A stretch of DNA of 64,000 bases from Chlorokybus atmophyticus. Its lineage: Eukaryota > Plantae > Mesostigma and Chlorokybus algae. The position numbers were made by a program, and so were the translations under genes. Each line of letters opens with the position of its first letter. Position 1 is the stretch's first letter. The notes under the pieces are model-generated. The model searched no databases and was not told the origin of the DNA. It was given only the letters and a program-made list of their open reading frames with translations. This document shows positions 37,406 through 49,655 of the stretch, piece after piece. The stretch spans positions 298,363-362,362 of the forward strand of contig RHPI01002503.1 in the NCBI GenBank assembly GCA_009103225.1, in the 5' to 3' direction.

Positions 37406-38363
37406 TGACTTTCAAACATCTTCTGTAGAGTATGTGTGGCAGAATAGCACATGACAATTGTTGGTGCAGATCTGATAAGACGCAGATCAGGTCCCACGCC
37501 CAGCGACGCGCGCTTGTGCAGTAGCAATGATTTACCAGATGATACCCACGTTGACTCGACCCTTGATACTGACGGGTTGCAGCGCTTACTGGCGCGATCA
37601 TGTGTGCATGCATGCGTATTTGCGTGCATGTCGGTGCGCACTCAGTTCTATGGTTTTGTAGAAGGATGTGAACAGCACGATCGCAGCAAGTGACGTGAAG
37701 CGTACTGGAGATTTACCATCTCACTCTAGCCTATGGCCGCGTCAAGGCAACATGTGACGCGACACAAGAATGCTGCACTCAGTAACTTACCACAGCCTGC
37801 ACGCACATGTGAGCAACAACGTGCGCAATGGACCTAAAAGTTGAGGTAATGCTGATATTGAATGCACCTACTTGCTATGGTTTTTCTGCAGTTCTTTGGT
37901 GAAGGAGATGATACCTGTTCCATGCCACAAGGCATACATATGATGAAACACTACTGAAACACTACTCTACGTCGATCATCCCCCTGATGGATTGACGGAT
38001 GGCCCATTGGTTCAGATGATGTGCTTGCATTGACACTGGCTTAGTGAAGGACCAAGCTACCTCACAGTCCTACCATTTAAGTGTTGCTCGAGGTGCTCTT
38101 CCCAACAGTGAACATGTCACGTCATACACATGTGCCAAACCTGAGTACAACCAGCTTTGTAGCATCGCAACCTGCCAAGCAAGCAATGGATCATGGTACA
38201 TGAGTACAAAAAATATAGAACATTTAATACATAGTATACTAATTTGTTACAGACACAGCTGTGTGTGCAGTGGACAATGGCTTAGTAGCCCTACATGCCA
38301 TAGTAGTACTAGTACTTGTGTATGTACAACTCGTGTATGTACAACTCATGTTTGTACAACTTC

Positions 38364-41300
38364 TCACTCGGTGGGGGACTTTGGGGAAGGCGCTGCTAAT
38401 CCAATTGCATCTTCTTCTGTGAGCACATGCGCACGGTCATCTTTATTACCTTCAACCACGACAACGCCAGCATCCTTGTTGCCACTGCTCTCAGGGCCAT
38501 CCTGACTGTGTCCTGCATCTCCACAAGGCCGCAAGCTTGCGAAAGGTCCATAACAGATAGGCAGAGCACATTGCTATGATTAATGACACGGGTTGGTTGC
38601 GGTGCATGCTGAGTACTTCTGTAATGTGCGTGCGCTGTGGTGTTGTCAGCTTGCCTGCTTGCTCCTTGTGATTGCCGCTGTCATGATCAACGTCAATGTC
38701 GAGGTCAAGGTCCATGTTGAGGTCCATGTTGGCCATATCAGTCGCTTGATCCATGCTGCCGTATTCCTCAATTGGCAGGCCGTCGAATTCCATGTCAAGA
38801 GGACTTGCCGTCAGTTCATTGTCTAAGAGTGGGAAGTCTTCCTCCTTGAGCTCCTCCTCTGCTGTATCAGGTGTGGCATCATGTTCAAACCAGGGCTGAG
38901 GTGTTGCGAACTGCCACGCGCGGTATTCAGGGTCTCGCAATGACACGTCAAAGCCAGCTCCCGTGCCTGCAACACCAACACTTTAAACATTGTGGTTTTG
39001 TATGGCTGACACAATATCGTGCAACAAGTACCTCCTGAGCATGGCAGGCCAAGCGCTATGCGAGCATTTGGCCCCGTCAGAGCGTCAACTTTTCCAAATA
39101 CAGCTGCCTCTTTGATTGCTCGTAGCGGTTGCTGCAATACCGTGATGCACAACAGGTCAATGTGTGATGTCCAACCACCACTATCACATCAACAACATCC
39201 TCACCTCATCCGCAGCGGTGGCAAGGACACCTTCACTGCCTCTCCACTCAGCTGCGTGCGCTGCAGTAAACCCGCAGAGACGCCCTTGCCATGTCATATA
39301 ATCGACGATGAGTGCGATGTGCCGCTCCTCAACGATGATGTCGGCTTCGCGCAACACATCGCTGAGCAGCTGCAGCATGGTTGTCAGCTAGTTGTCGCCA
39401 ACCCTCGCAACAGATACGAACATGGACACTCACCTGCAACAGCTTGGCACGTGCGGCTTCGATGCCAAGAGCAGTCCACGTTTCGAGGCAGTCCTCCGGT
39501 TGAGTTGTAAGCATGTCAATCCAGCGCTGCAGTTGTATACATATACGTTGAGAGTTGCTGTGGAAAGAGCATGTAGTGCTGACTACGTAACACGTTGGCG
39601 TACAGCATGGCGATGATAGTAAGTTATGTTACATTCATGATGCCCACCAGCGCTTGCACTTACAGCTAGACCGCGCTTTGCAGGAAGGCAGTACTCCCAC
39701 AGTTCTCTCAGAAGACAGCGCTGTTCCTTTGCCCCGTCTTTTGCCGATGACGAGGTGTGTGGCTGGTGGCACTTTACTTCCACCGACACCTGGCGGTACA
39801 AACACATTTGACTATGCATTTGTGCATGAAAACAAATACTACCAAAAGTGACCAAACAGCGTTGAACAGCTCTCTAGTCACCGCACAAGACCACAATCCA
39901 ACCTGATCATCATCCTCAATGCGCGCGCACGCGTCCTCCACCCGCTGGAAACCTGTAGTAGCTCAGCATGAGTTAATGGTTGTACTTAGGAAGGAGTAAG
40001 CAAACCAGTGCTGCAAGTGCATAGGAGCCAACCTGACAGTGTCATGTCCAACAGATCGGTGACGAGGGCTCTGGCTCTTGTAAAGACAGTGTTCTCAGCC
40101 TCCTGGACCTCTTGCTCCATGCGCTTTACGGCAGCACGCGTGCCCTTGTGAGCGCTACGCAAGAGTTCGGCTTTGGACAAGAGCGTGCAATAGACATCAA
40201 TTGAAGCACTGCCAAAAGCAAGCTTGTTAGTAAGCCTGATAAGTAGTAGCTGGGCTTTGCATGGAATTGCAAGTTGCAAGCACTGACGTCTTCTCTTGAT
40301 CTTGATGAGGTCTGTAACAGGTAATGTCCGCCTCAAACATGTCCGACTGCGAGTGCGCTAGCCCGAAGAGGTCTCTGATGTGTTGCGCGTCTGCGACAGC
40401 ATCCTGCACGCACATACACAACAGCATGCATAATTGTCATGGAAGGAGCTGAGCTGGCCCGTGCAGAAGAGAATCGCGCCAAACATACAAGCTTACAGGT
40501 TTCAATATCAGGCGGAGTAGCCATGGCTTGAAGTTGTTGCAGCCTTCGATGCCAACATATCTACATCACACATGTGGTTACTTCTTGCAACGTCGTTGTC
40601 GCTGTATAATAACAGATGTATGGTGCAAGCACCGACCTCAACTCCCAGGCAGCTACGTATTGTTTAAGACAGCGGCGTTGCAGTTGATCGGCTACTGCCT
40701 TTGCAGAACGTGTCGTCGCATTGGGTGTCAAGGCAACTGTGTATGCTACCATTCCAGATGGCATTTTATGAAGGTATAGAAGCCTCTGTTCAGGAAACGA
40801 GTATTAAGAAAAGTGAAGCAGTGATGGTCAGTATTTCAAGCCTTTGCACTAGACACCTTCAGTTTGGTGCACAGGTCGTCGGAGACACCTTTGTTGGGCG
40901 CATTCAACATCTTCTGCTGCATTTGGGAGCACACGGCCTGGAGGGCCATCAGCTTTTCCATACAGAAGACAAGACAACGCTGCAAAGCACAGAACAATGC
41001 ATTGACGGCCACCTGTGCTGCTAGCAGCCCTACACACTGGTTGGCTTCGGCATGAAGGGAGTAGCTTGTCCCATCATCGCCCCCATCGTCCATGTCATCA
41101 GCACCTGTGACTTCATCTTCAACACCCGCATAATGGATGATCTGTTACACAGGTAAAAGATATGTCTCTCATTACAGGCTTACCCTCAAACTACCTTGAC
41201 ATACCTGAACGACACGTCCGGTTTGCACGCACTGCACACAGGCGGTGCCATCTCGGCTGTATGCTTGCACAATCGAGTTCATGCCGGCAGACACCCTCTT

Positions 41301-44300
41301 CCAAAGGTACCTGCCAAACAATGTTGCTTGCATGAACTATCGAATCAGAGTAAGCGGAAGTGCATACGACTTATGAGGTACCCCGGCGTGGAGGTCTCGC
41401 ACTGTTTGAGGCAGATGGTGCGCCGTCCCTCAGCGGCGTGCCAGAAAAACTAGCAGGAAACAGTCCATGTTGGTTACGGGCTTACCAAGGACAGCATGCC
41501 ATCTCTACAACCCACCTCTACTGGTGAAAGGCCCTGAAGGAGGGAGCTGCGCACGAAGCCTGTGCAGGCGCGATGCGTGATGGCATTGTTGGGAAAGAAG
41601 GGGAAGGAGCCAGCCATGCCGTGTTGTTGACCCAACTCCTCGCGCATCTGCAGTGGTTCACCATCAGCAACTCAATGCTTTTCAATGCTTCATTCCAACA
41701 TCTACATTCATCACACCCGCGTCAAGTGTCTCTGGGAGCCTGCTGAGCCGGCTGCTGCCATTACGTCCAAGGAGGAGGAGTTGTTGTTTGCTGAGGGGCT
41801 GAAAACATCAGCTATGCCGGCTGTAAAGCCGACACGCGCAAGGTGTGCGTGCGCCATGTTAGACAAACGACGAGCCAGCAGCACCGGGTCGGTGTTGCTG
41901 CGCCCCATTGCCTTCCTGTTGATTATCCTTGCAAACAGGCTTTGCATCTCCGCCTTGTCCAATCGCTTGTCCATATGGTAAACATCACCAAGCAGCCAAT
42001 TGAGTGCCTGTTTGGCATAGAACAGATCCCCATTAAAAGGGACCAAGTCTGCGGCATCAATGCCATCACCATCAATGCTGGCTCCCATCAAGTCATGAAA
42101 CTCTTCTGTTGAAAGCTTTTTGTCAGGAGCGGTCAACAAGTAACTCCCCAGAAGCGCATCCTGGCGCAAGCTGAGCAATGTCTCGGACCCTTTTTCAGAC
42201 AAAACCTTGTCTACGATTAACAGCTCCTGCGCATCAACACGTGCTGCTAGGGATTGCGGCACAAAGACGTTCATTTCGTCTCCTGCGCAGATAGGTTGAG
42301 AGTTCATCTTAAGGGAGCAGATGATGTGCTGTATATATGCAACGGCTGCGATCCCTTTACTCACCGTCAAAATCAGCATTGTACGCTGGGCACACAGTAG
42401 GATTCAGGTGCAGGGATGATGTTGGCAGGACGCGTACGCTGTGGGCCATAAGGGATTGTCTATGTAGACTTGGCTGCCTGCATGAACGAGCAGGTGATCT
42501 CAAACTCGTCCTTGATACACTACACAGTGCTGCAGTAGTTTGCAAGGACTGACCAAGTACTTCACCTGTTCATGACGACCAAGTCGCCGTCTTGCAGATG
42601 GCGGGCAACAACGATGCAGTGTCCATCTGCCAGGGCAGCCTGTACACCAACATTGTCAACCGCATGTGAAAATGATAGAATCAGTACGCACCTGATGCGT
42701 ACCGTAAAGTTGTGCACTGGCATCTCTCTCGCCAAGTTAAAGCGCCGCGCCACGCTACCGTCTTCACCCATTACCATCATCTCATTGGCACCCACCACAC
42801 CTGCAGCAGCATACGGCCCAGCTTTCATGCAGCGTTCCAACCTGTAGTCAAGTTGTTGTTAACAAGAAACCAGAAGTAAGACAGAAGGAAACCAGATACA
42901 GCTTATACTGGCATGCCTATATACCGTTGGACGTTGTATGGTGTCACAATCTCGGGTACAGTAAGCGCTCGGGCCATGCTTCGTGGGATACCAACCTGCT
43001 CACCACAAGCGATGTAAGGCATTATGCATGACAAGTTCAATCACAGTCACAGTCACAGTCACAACACTGCTGATTTGCCACGGAAATTTACCTCCCCTGG
43101 TGCCAAACAAGGATCAGGCGTAATCACTGATCTTGCGGACATGTCGCTGCGCTTGCCTGTGACCGTGCCGCGGATACGGCCCTGCTTAGTAACGCCGCCA
43201 TCCACCAAGCGTGCAGGACACTTGCCATCCTGCGGGCACTCTCATGAGTGTTGGCGCATAAGTCATGTCATATGGTATGACATATATCCGTGTGCCAACT
43301 TGCCTGCTTATGGCCAGAGATGCGCATGGCTATACTCGGCAGCACCTGCATTGCACAGAGAAGGAGTCAAAACTACTCAGTTGCTGAGCTGCGTGCTATC
43401 AATCTCGTCTTCTCATCATATGCCAACCGGTTGCAAACTGAGTGGCAGCCGGTCTGTTTTGCTACAGTTGGAATCCGCACGAGTGTCTTTGCCCAAAATG
43501 TAAGCATTGACTCTGTCCTGCAGCTGCGAAACCACAAGAGAAGGTGAAACTATAAAGACTTTCCACTGAGCATAAGAGTTGACAGTCTTGATCTGTGGAC
43601 TCACTGTTTCCGTCATGGCCTTCAATATATGGGGCGCTCGTCCCTGATCCTTAGCCTCTTCAACCTTCTTATTAGCGAGGTAGATGGACCTCAAAGCAGC
43701 ATCCAGGCCACCCTGAACACAGCCACTTATGGCTCAATCTTATGTGCAGAAGAGTTGCTGTCACAGTATGCCGTACCAATGTGGCATCAGGGCCGTTGGC
43801 GCAGTGCGAAGCTGCAATGGAGAATCTTATGGCACTGGGAGGGATGGGCAGCTGGCAGATTAGCCAGCTAGTTGGGTGGGAGTGCTTGACATCCAGACCC
43901 AAGAAGACGTAGTAGTCGTCGCTGACTCTTGTGAACAACTCCAACACCTGCAAATGAGGCCAACTGTCAGCCTGGCGTGCATGTACACTGCATGCTGCTC
44001 CTTCCCTCAAACCGCACCTTGCTGGCTGACTTGGCTTTTTGGTGCTGGTCATTGCTGCCTGTTCGCTTGTTGCCTTTGGCATTGCTTTCTGTCACATTCT
44101 TCTGGATGTTGTCATGGCTGTTGTTGTTATCGCCGTTGCTGCTGCTGCGGCCAGTGCTGTTCGCTTTGCGCACCAGAACTTTGCTTTTGCTGTGTTTGTC
44201 CACGCGGATGACAAACGTCCTTCGTCTGCGCCGACACGGCTCCAGCAACAACTCCTAGCAGTTGAAACGCAGCGACACGTATCTCACACGCGCACACGCA

Positions 44301-45150
44301 TGATCAAACGCAAAATATGCAGCAACATCCACCTTAGAAACATCTCACACCTCAGGATCTGATGTTGAAGCGTGTGGCATCGACACATCTGGCGTCTTGT
44401 CAAATCCCAGCCACTGCACAAAGCTGGCATGTTCATTTCTCTCAGGCTGGTCATCCGCTTTGGCCCGGTCTCTCGTGCGAGTTGAGCCCCGTCGCTTGGT
44501 GCCGCCATGACAAACCAGTGTGCCTCGGCACGCTGATGCTGCCTTCTTCAAGCGCTTCAACCCTTTGGTACCCCGCAAGAGGGGTGCCAGCTCAACCTGT
44601 AACGTACATGTTTGGTTGTGGCACGTGCTGGTAGTGGGCGGACATCAACAAGCACAGCCTCACCAATGGCAGGACAGGCCTCGCACACTTGGGACACAGG
44701 ATGTCCAGCAGCAGCTTGATGTACTCCAAGAAAGTGGGGTTGAAGACTGGTGCTTGCAACTTAAGATGGCCAAAATGCCCTGCATGAACATGAGCTCAGT
44801 TCAGCACGAAGGCTGCCAAGGAACACACAAGCAAGCTTCTGCCAGTGATACCTGGACAGTTGCCAACTTCTCCGCACGTTGCACATGCACCAACGCCCTG
44901 CTGCAGGACGCTCGCAGTGGGACCAAGTGAAGCATCGTGAAGGCCACCGTAATCTGCATAGTTATTGCTGTGGGTATGCAAGCCAAGCATGCCATGCATG
45001 TGCACAGCATTCACTACGGCTTGTGCCTAGCTCACCCTTTCGCCTCCAGTATGCTGCTTTGGTGACTGACTGGTCTTCCTGCAGGTGAGAGATATCCATG
45101 ACTTCAACCATTGAGAGTGAGCCTAGCGTCAGCAGTCGAGTTGAGATCAT
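38364..45150 (-). CDS. Divergent RNA polymerase largest subunit, RPB1-derived NRPD1/NRPE1 (Pol IV/V)-like; more than 20 exons
   Basis: GGLHDASLG...[11 protein letters not shown]|[32 protein letters not shown]; LPIPPSAIR; [26 protein letters not shown]; [24 protein letters not shown]; [13 protein letters not shown]|[12 protein letters not shown]; YNADFD|GDEMN; [15 protein letters not shown]|FFWHA; LGIEAAR; [14 protein letters not shown]; GTGAGFDV. No YSPTSPS heptads. 3' end (TGA at 38364) is tentative. Confidence 0.9.
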
Positions 45151-45332
45151 CAAGCGTAGCGTACCAGTTCGCAAGGGGACATTGTCGTAAAATGGACGGA
45201 GGTGATGGTTGCCGACCGATGAGCTGACGTGTCGCGGTCACAGGACGCCATGCAGAATGTCCTGCATTGGTTGTTTTGCACTTGTGTGAGACGATCTCAT
45301 GATGAAAAACAAGAGAGTCTCAGACCCACACA

Positions 45333-45473
45333 CTCTTCACAGCTCTGACAGAAGCACACCTCAGTTGCCATACATGCATGCGCAGGTGCATGCACAAGTG
45401 AACTTCAGTCGTGCATGCAGCTGCGCATGCATGCATGGCAACTGAGGTGTGCTTTTGTCAAAGTTGTGAAGAG
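45333..45473. repeat. Foldback with 63-bp arms (58/63 complementary) and a 15-nt loop, 183 bp upstream of the polymerase ATG; MITE-like or hairpin-RNA locus
   Basis: Left arm 45333-45395 vs reverse complement of 45411-45473 differ at 5 positions, 4 of them transitions. Confidence 0.9.
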
Positions 45474-46534
45474 GACATTCGTGAACGTCAACTTTCTACT
45501 AGAAGTTGGTGCCAAACCCAAAATCACGAGAGATCATTGAGGATGGCTTGATCATCAGTCTGAAGACAAATGTCGTACTGTTGGCAAACCATGCATGCAC
45601 AGGCGCACACATGCATGCGAGTCAGTGCATGCATCGCAAGCGACAGTTGTAACATGGTTGGTCGTGCATGTACTGGACCACGATCACAGCCTCAACTTCT
45701 GTATTACGTGCACAAGGCGAACTCATTGCCAGCATGTGACATGCTGGCAATGCCAGTGAACAAGAACCAGTCTTGCTAGTGGCGCATCAACCGGACCAAC
45801 GCATCAACGAGCGAGTTTTGCTTCAGCAATGTGGCTCACAAACATGCCTGTGTAAGCTGAAACAATGTCAGGCTTCAGACCACCAGCATTGCCTCACTTG
45901 TCCCCCTTTTGTCCCCAACAAGCATGTCTGTGGCATGCACACATCATCCGTGCAGTGCAACTGCCTCGACCTTAAGCCAGCTGTGTGCCAATCAGCCACT
46001 GCATGACCTTGATAGACAAGCTGCTTGCGGCATTGCACGCAAAGCTTATACAGCTTCTCCATGACAATGCGACTAGCCAAGCATAGCTCACCCGCTGCCA
46101 CCGTCAGAAGAAGTGCTAGGACGACACTCCTGCTCCGCCTCCGGTACGACCCGCTCACAGGGAGCGAGCAGCGACCTCCACGTCTCCTTCATCGCCTCGC
46201 CCGCGGTGGCGGGCCGCAGCGACATCGCCGCCCACCACGTGGCTAGGCAGCAGCAGCTAAGCTGCGCACTCAGCTGCAGCTTAGCTTTGAGCGTGCTGCA
46301 ATGCACACACTGGCTTCGTTTTGGCAAGGCGCAGCTATAAGTTTCACACAAGAAAGCTTTTTTTCGTCTTGTGCGGCTCGCACAACGGTCAAGTTGTTGT
46401 GCGGTTGTGCAGTGCAGTGCAGTGGTGAAGCGGCGGCGGCGGCGGCGGTGTTGGGGAGGGGAGGGGAGGCAGGCTGTGAGTCTGCCTGTGGCTGCTTTGA
46501 CAAAAGAGGCTGGGTTTGCGCCGTGCTGTCCAGG

Positions 46535-48523
46535 ATGAGCAAGCGGTCGGGAGACGGGGGCGCTGGAGGAGGGGACGCCAAGCGGGGCAGAAAGGGCAGA
46601 GGGCATTACGTGCAGGTTGGTCGCGTATGAGAGGTGCTGTGGCTTGCCATGTGTGCTGTGCCTTTGATGCGCGTTGAGCTTTGCTTGTTGGATGACTTTG
46701 TGCATCTCCTTTTTCAATCTCATCTGCGGGAGAGAAAGCATAAAAATAGTCATGCACATGCTGCGAGAGCAAGCGCATGGAGGCTATGCTGCTGTCGTAA
46801 GCTGGCAGGGGGTTTAAGATTTTAGCTTGCGTTAGCAGCGGATTTTACCATCTTCGTGACAGCTGCTAGCCTGCATTGGTCCCAACCAAACAAGCAAATG
46901 CGTATTGTGGTCTTCCAACACATGCAGACGTCACAAGCAGTTGTTCGTAATGTGAGTATGCGTGCTGCTCTCTAGTATTCTCTTACACAGGAAATAGAAC
47001 ACTTGGTGTGCTTCAGCTTAGACTATTACGTTGAGCTATCTTGTGGTGTTGATCAGCAATCATTGACTGGCAGGCACAGCAACGGGGGCCAAAATCGGAT
47101 GGCATTCCCTTGGGTGTGAGGGGCTTCTTGCTGTCTGCGGATCAGCACAAAGAAAATGTTGCTGCAAGAGATGCCATCAACTTCTTGACTGAAGTAGGTT
47201 TTCAATATCTTCTCCTAGCTTATCTTAACCTACCTTGTCCATCAACTGCTAACATCCTTAGTGCAAGCGCAGACTGATCAGTTGCGCTTGATTAACATCA
47301 CTCGCATGTGTACATGAGGGTTCATACAGGTTGCGTTGTCTTGTGCTGCAGTATTGGGAAAAGGATCCACGAATCTCAAGTCAAGGGGACGGCAAAGCCG
47401 AGCCTGCTGCGCCTTCGGGGCGAACTGTGGACTCATTGCTAGAGGCTGAAATCGATGACCTGAAAGACCACAAGCAGGTACGCATGGTAGCAGCTGTTTG
47501 GGGCATTGTATTGTGGGCCTGTTTCGTGACGTCTCGTGCGCAGGAGCTGTTTGAGAAGGAGTCTACAGGCTGCAACAGCATGGTGTTCATTATAATGGCG
47601 CCTGAGTCAGAAAGACCTGGCCCAGGTCCGTGCGAACTTACCAGGCAGATGCTGCGTGATGTAGCAAAGACGAAGAAAAGTAGATCAAAGTACGCAAGCT
47701 TGCTACCTTTTGGATCACAAGCATGGGTTGTTGGCACAGTGTATTGAAGCGCATCAACCTAAGCCATCTCAAATATTCCATTGTGCAGGCATTGCATAAG
47801 GATATTGCCAGTGGACGACACATGTTACGCTGGGTTGGTTGAGATTGAGAAGGCTGTCAAGCCTATGTTGCAAGCGGCGTTCCCTACTGGCGAGGGTGTC
47901 ACTCCACTGAAGGTTAGCATGTGTCCTCTGTCTTCATATTTGTCACAACATAACTACCCTGCCTGACATGCACACAAATGCTGCAGTTTTCAGTCGTGTG
48001 CGATGTGAGGAACAACAGCGGGCTGAAGCGAATGGACGTCATTGATGTCGTTGCAAAGTTGGTGCCAGCCCCACACAAAGTTGACTTGGAAAACCCTGAG
48101 CGCTGCATATTGGTGCAAGTTGTCAAGGTAAGAACACCTGAGGCCTCAGCCCGCATCGCATATGTAGCTGCACATGTGTTGCTATGCGTGTTCTGGGCAA
48201 AGCAACCGCTACACGTAGCTTGTTGTTTTGACGCACCCATGGCCAAAGCCTTGGTTTTGACTGATTGCTGCGCTCTTGCACAGACCACATGCGCGTTGAG
48301 CATATTGGAAGAGTACAAAGAGCTCGCGAAGTACAACATGCGCGTGCTGGCAGAGCCGCCCAAAGAAGAGCAAACGGAGTCAGCAGCCAAGGACAGTGCT
48401 GCCAAGTCCTCTGCTGAGGATGCTGATGCACCAGGTAGCAAGGTAGAGAACGGTTCGCACACTGAGGTGCCATCAGCTGATGCCTCACAGCAACCAAAAG
48501 CATCAACGGACAATCCAACTTGA
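46535..48523 (+). CDS. THUMP domain protein (THUMPD1/Tan1-like tRNA acetylation adaptor); 7 exons
   Basis: MSKR...HYVQ|...GVRGFLLSADQHKENVAARDAINFLTE|...DSLLEAEIDDLK...TGCNSMVFI...KSRSK|HCIRILPVDDTCYA...|FSVVCDVRNNSGLKRMDVIDVVAKLVPAPHKVDLENPERCILVQVVK|TTCALSILEEYKELAKYN. Confidence 0.9.
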
Positions 48524-49245
48524 CACGCATAGGTAGCATGCAGTGCTGTTGTTTGATACGCTTCTCAACATTGCGTCAGGCAATCAGCTCGTAAGATGTC
48601 TGGCCATGCTGTACACTTGCACATTGACGTTGGATGACTGCAATACATGTTGCTGCATCAAGGTTCAGCACCTCAATTTAAGGGTGCGCGAAGCATTTCT
48701 GCTGCTCGACTGATGTTACCAGGATGTTACCAGGTTTACCAGAATGAAACATCTGCATGCGTATCATTGCCCTTACCAAACTCATGCTTTAAATAATCTG
48801 CGCTTGAAAGCAAAGTGGCGTTGCTGCAATTGCTGGTCCTGTAAATGCATGTAGCACTGGACGAGCATGTCAGCAACCGTCCAGTGCAGACGCATCCAAC
48901 GCAGGAGCCACCTCTCCAGGTACTTTGCTCTGTACTTCTGTCTGCGTGCCAAATTGGGCGCCCAACTTGGCACTCAGTGCACTGCGCAGTGTTAGGGCAA
49001 TTATGACATAAGCCGTACCAACTCGCTGTGACTTCACATAACAGCCGTTACGTCTAGGCAGACTGCCAGGGCAGTAGTACCCGTAATGAGTATTTGAAAT
49101 ACTGTATTTCACGAACTGTAAGGTACAGAATCCTTTGGTACTTCCGGCAGGCGCAAGTTGGTGGAATGTTTCCGCCTTGTCCCCGTACGTACGCGCTCAC
49201 GGCGCTAAAGTCACGTGCGCCGTTGCTGCCGTCCGCGGCGGTGCA

Positions 49246-49281
<36 letters not shown>

Positions 49282-49655
49282 CTTGTGGCGGTACCACAAC
49301 TGGGACTGTTGCTTGTCATTCGTGATGGGTTTGTTGCTGAAGTAGCCCCCTTGTGTGCGGAAGGAGCCTGGGGAATGCGTGCAATGGGATGATAGTGTAA
49401 GTGGCGAGTTTCGTTACGGTCATGTCAATTTGAAGTCACTGATTGACAATCGCTCCTCCTTTTTCCTCCTCTCTACTCATCCACCTCCCTCTCTATCTCT
49501 CATCCCCTCCTCATCTCTCTGCATAGCCCTCCCCCTCTAGTCTCTCATCTCTCCCTCCCTCTCCCTACTGCTCTCCCTCTTTTCTTACATAGCGCAGCTT
49601 GCTGTGCGTATCCAATCAAGCACTTGTTGTGACGCTGTGCAAATTGCAGTTTCAG

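Noticed and set aside
38364-45150. Calling the polymerase subunit RPB1, RPA1, RPC1 or a giant-virus insertion
   Set aside because: Canonical and, as far as I recall, viral subunits keep the Q-x-TL-N/K-TFH trigger loop; RPB1 needs heptads and the foot region; the dense host-type introns argue against a recent viral origin.
45777-46225. Possible small minus-strand gene (MSLRPATAGEAMKETWRSLL...)
   Set aside because: The candidate exons did not join in a consistent phase and no homology was recognised.
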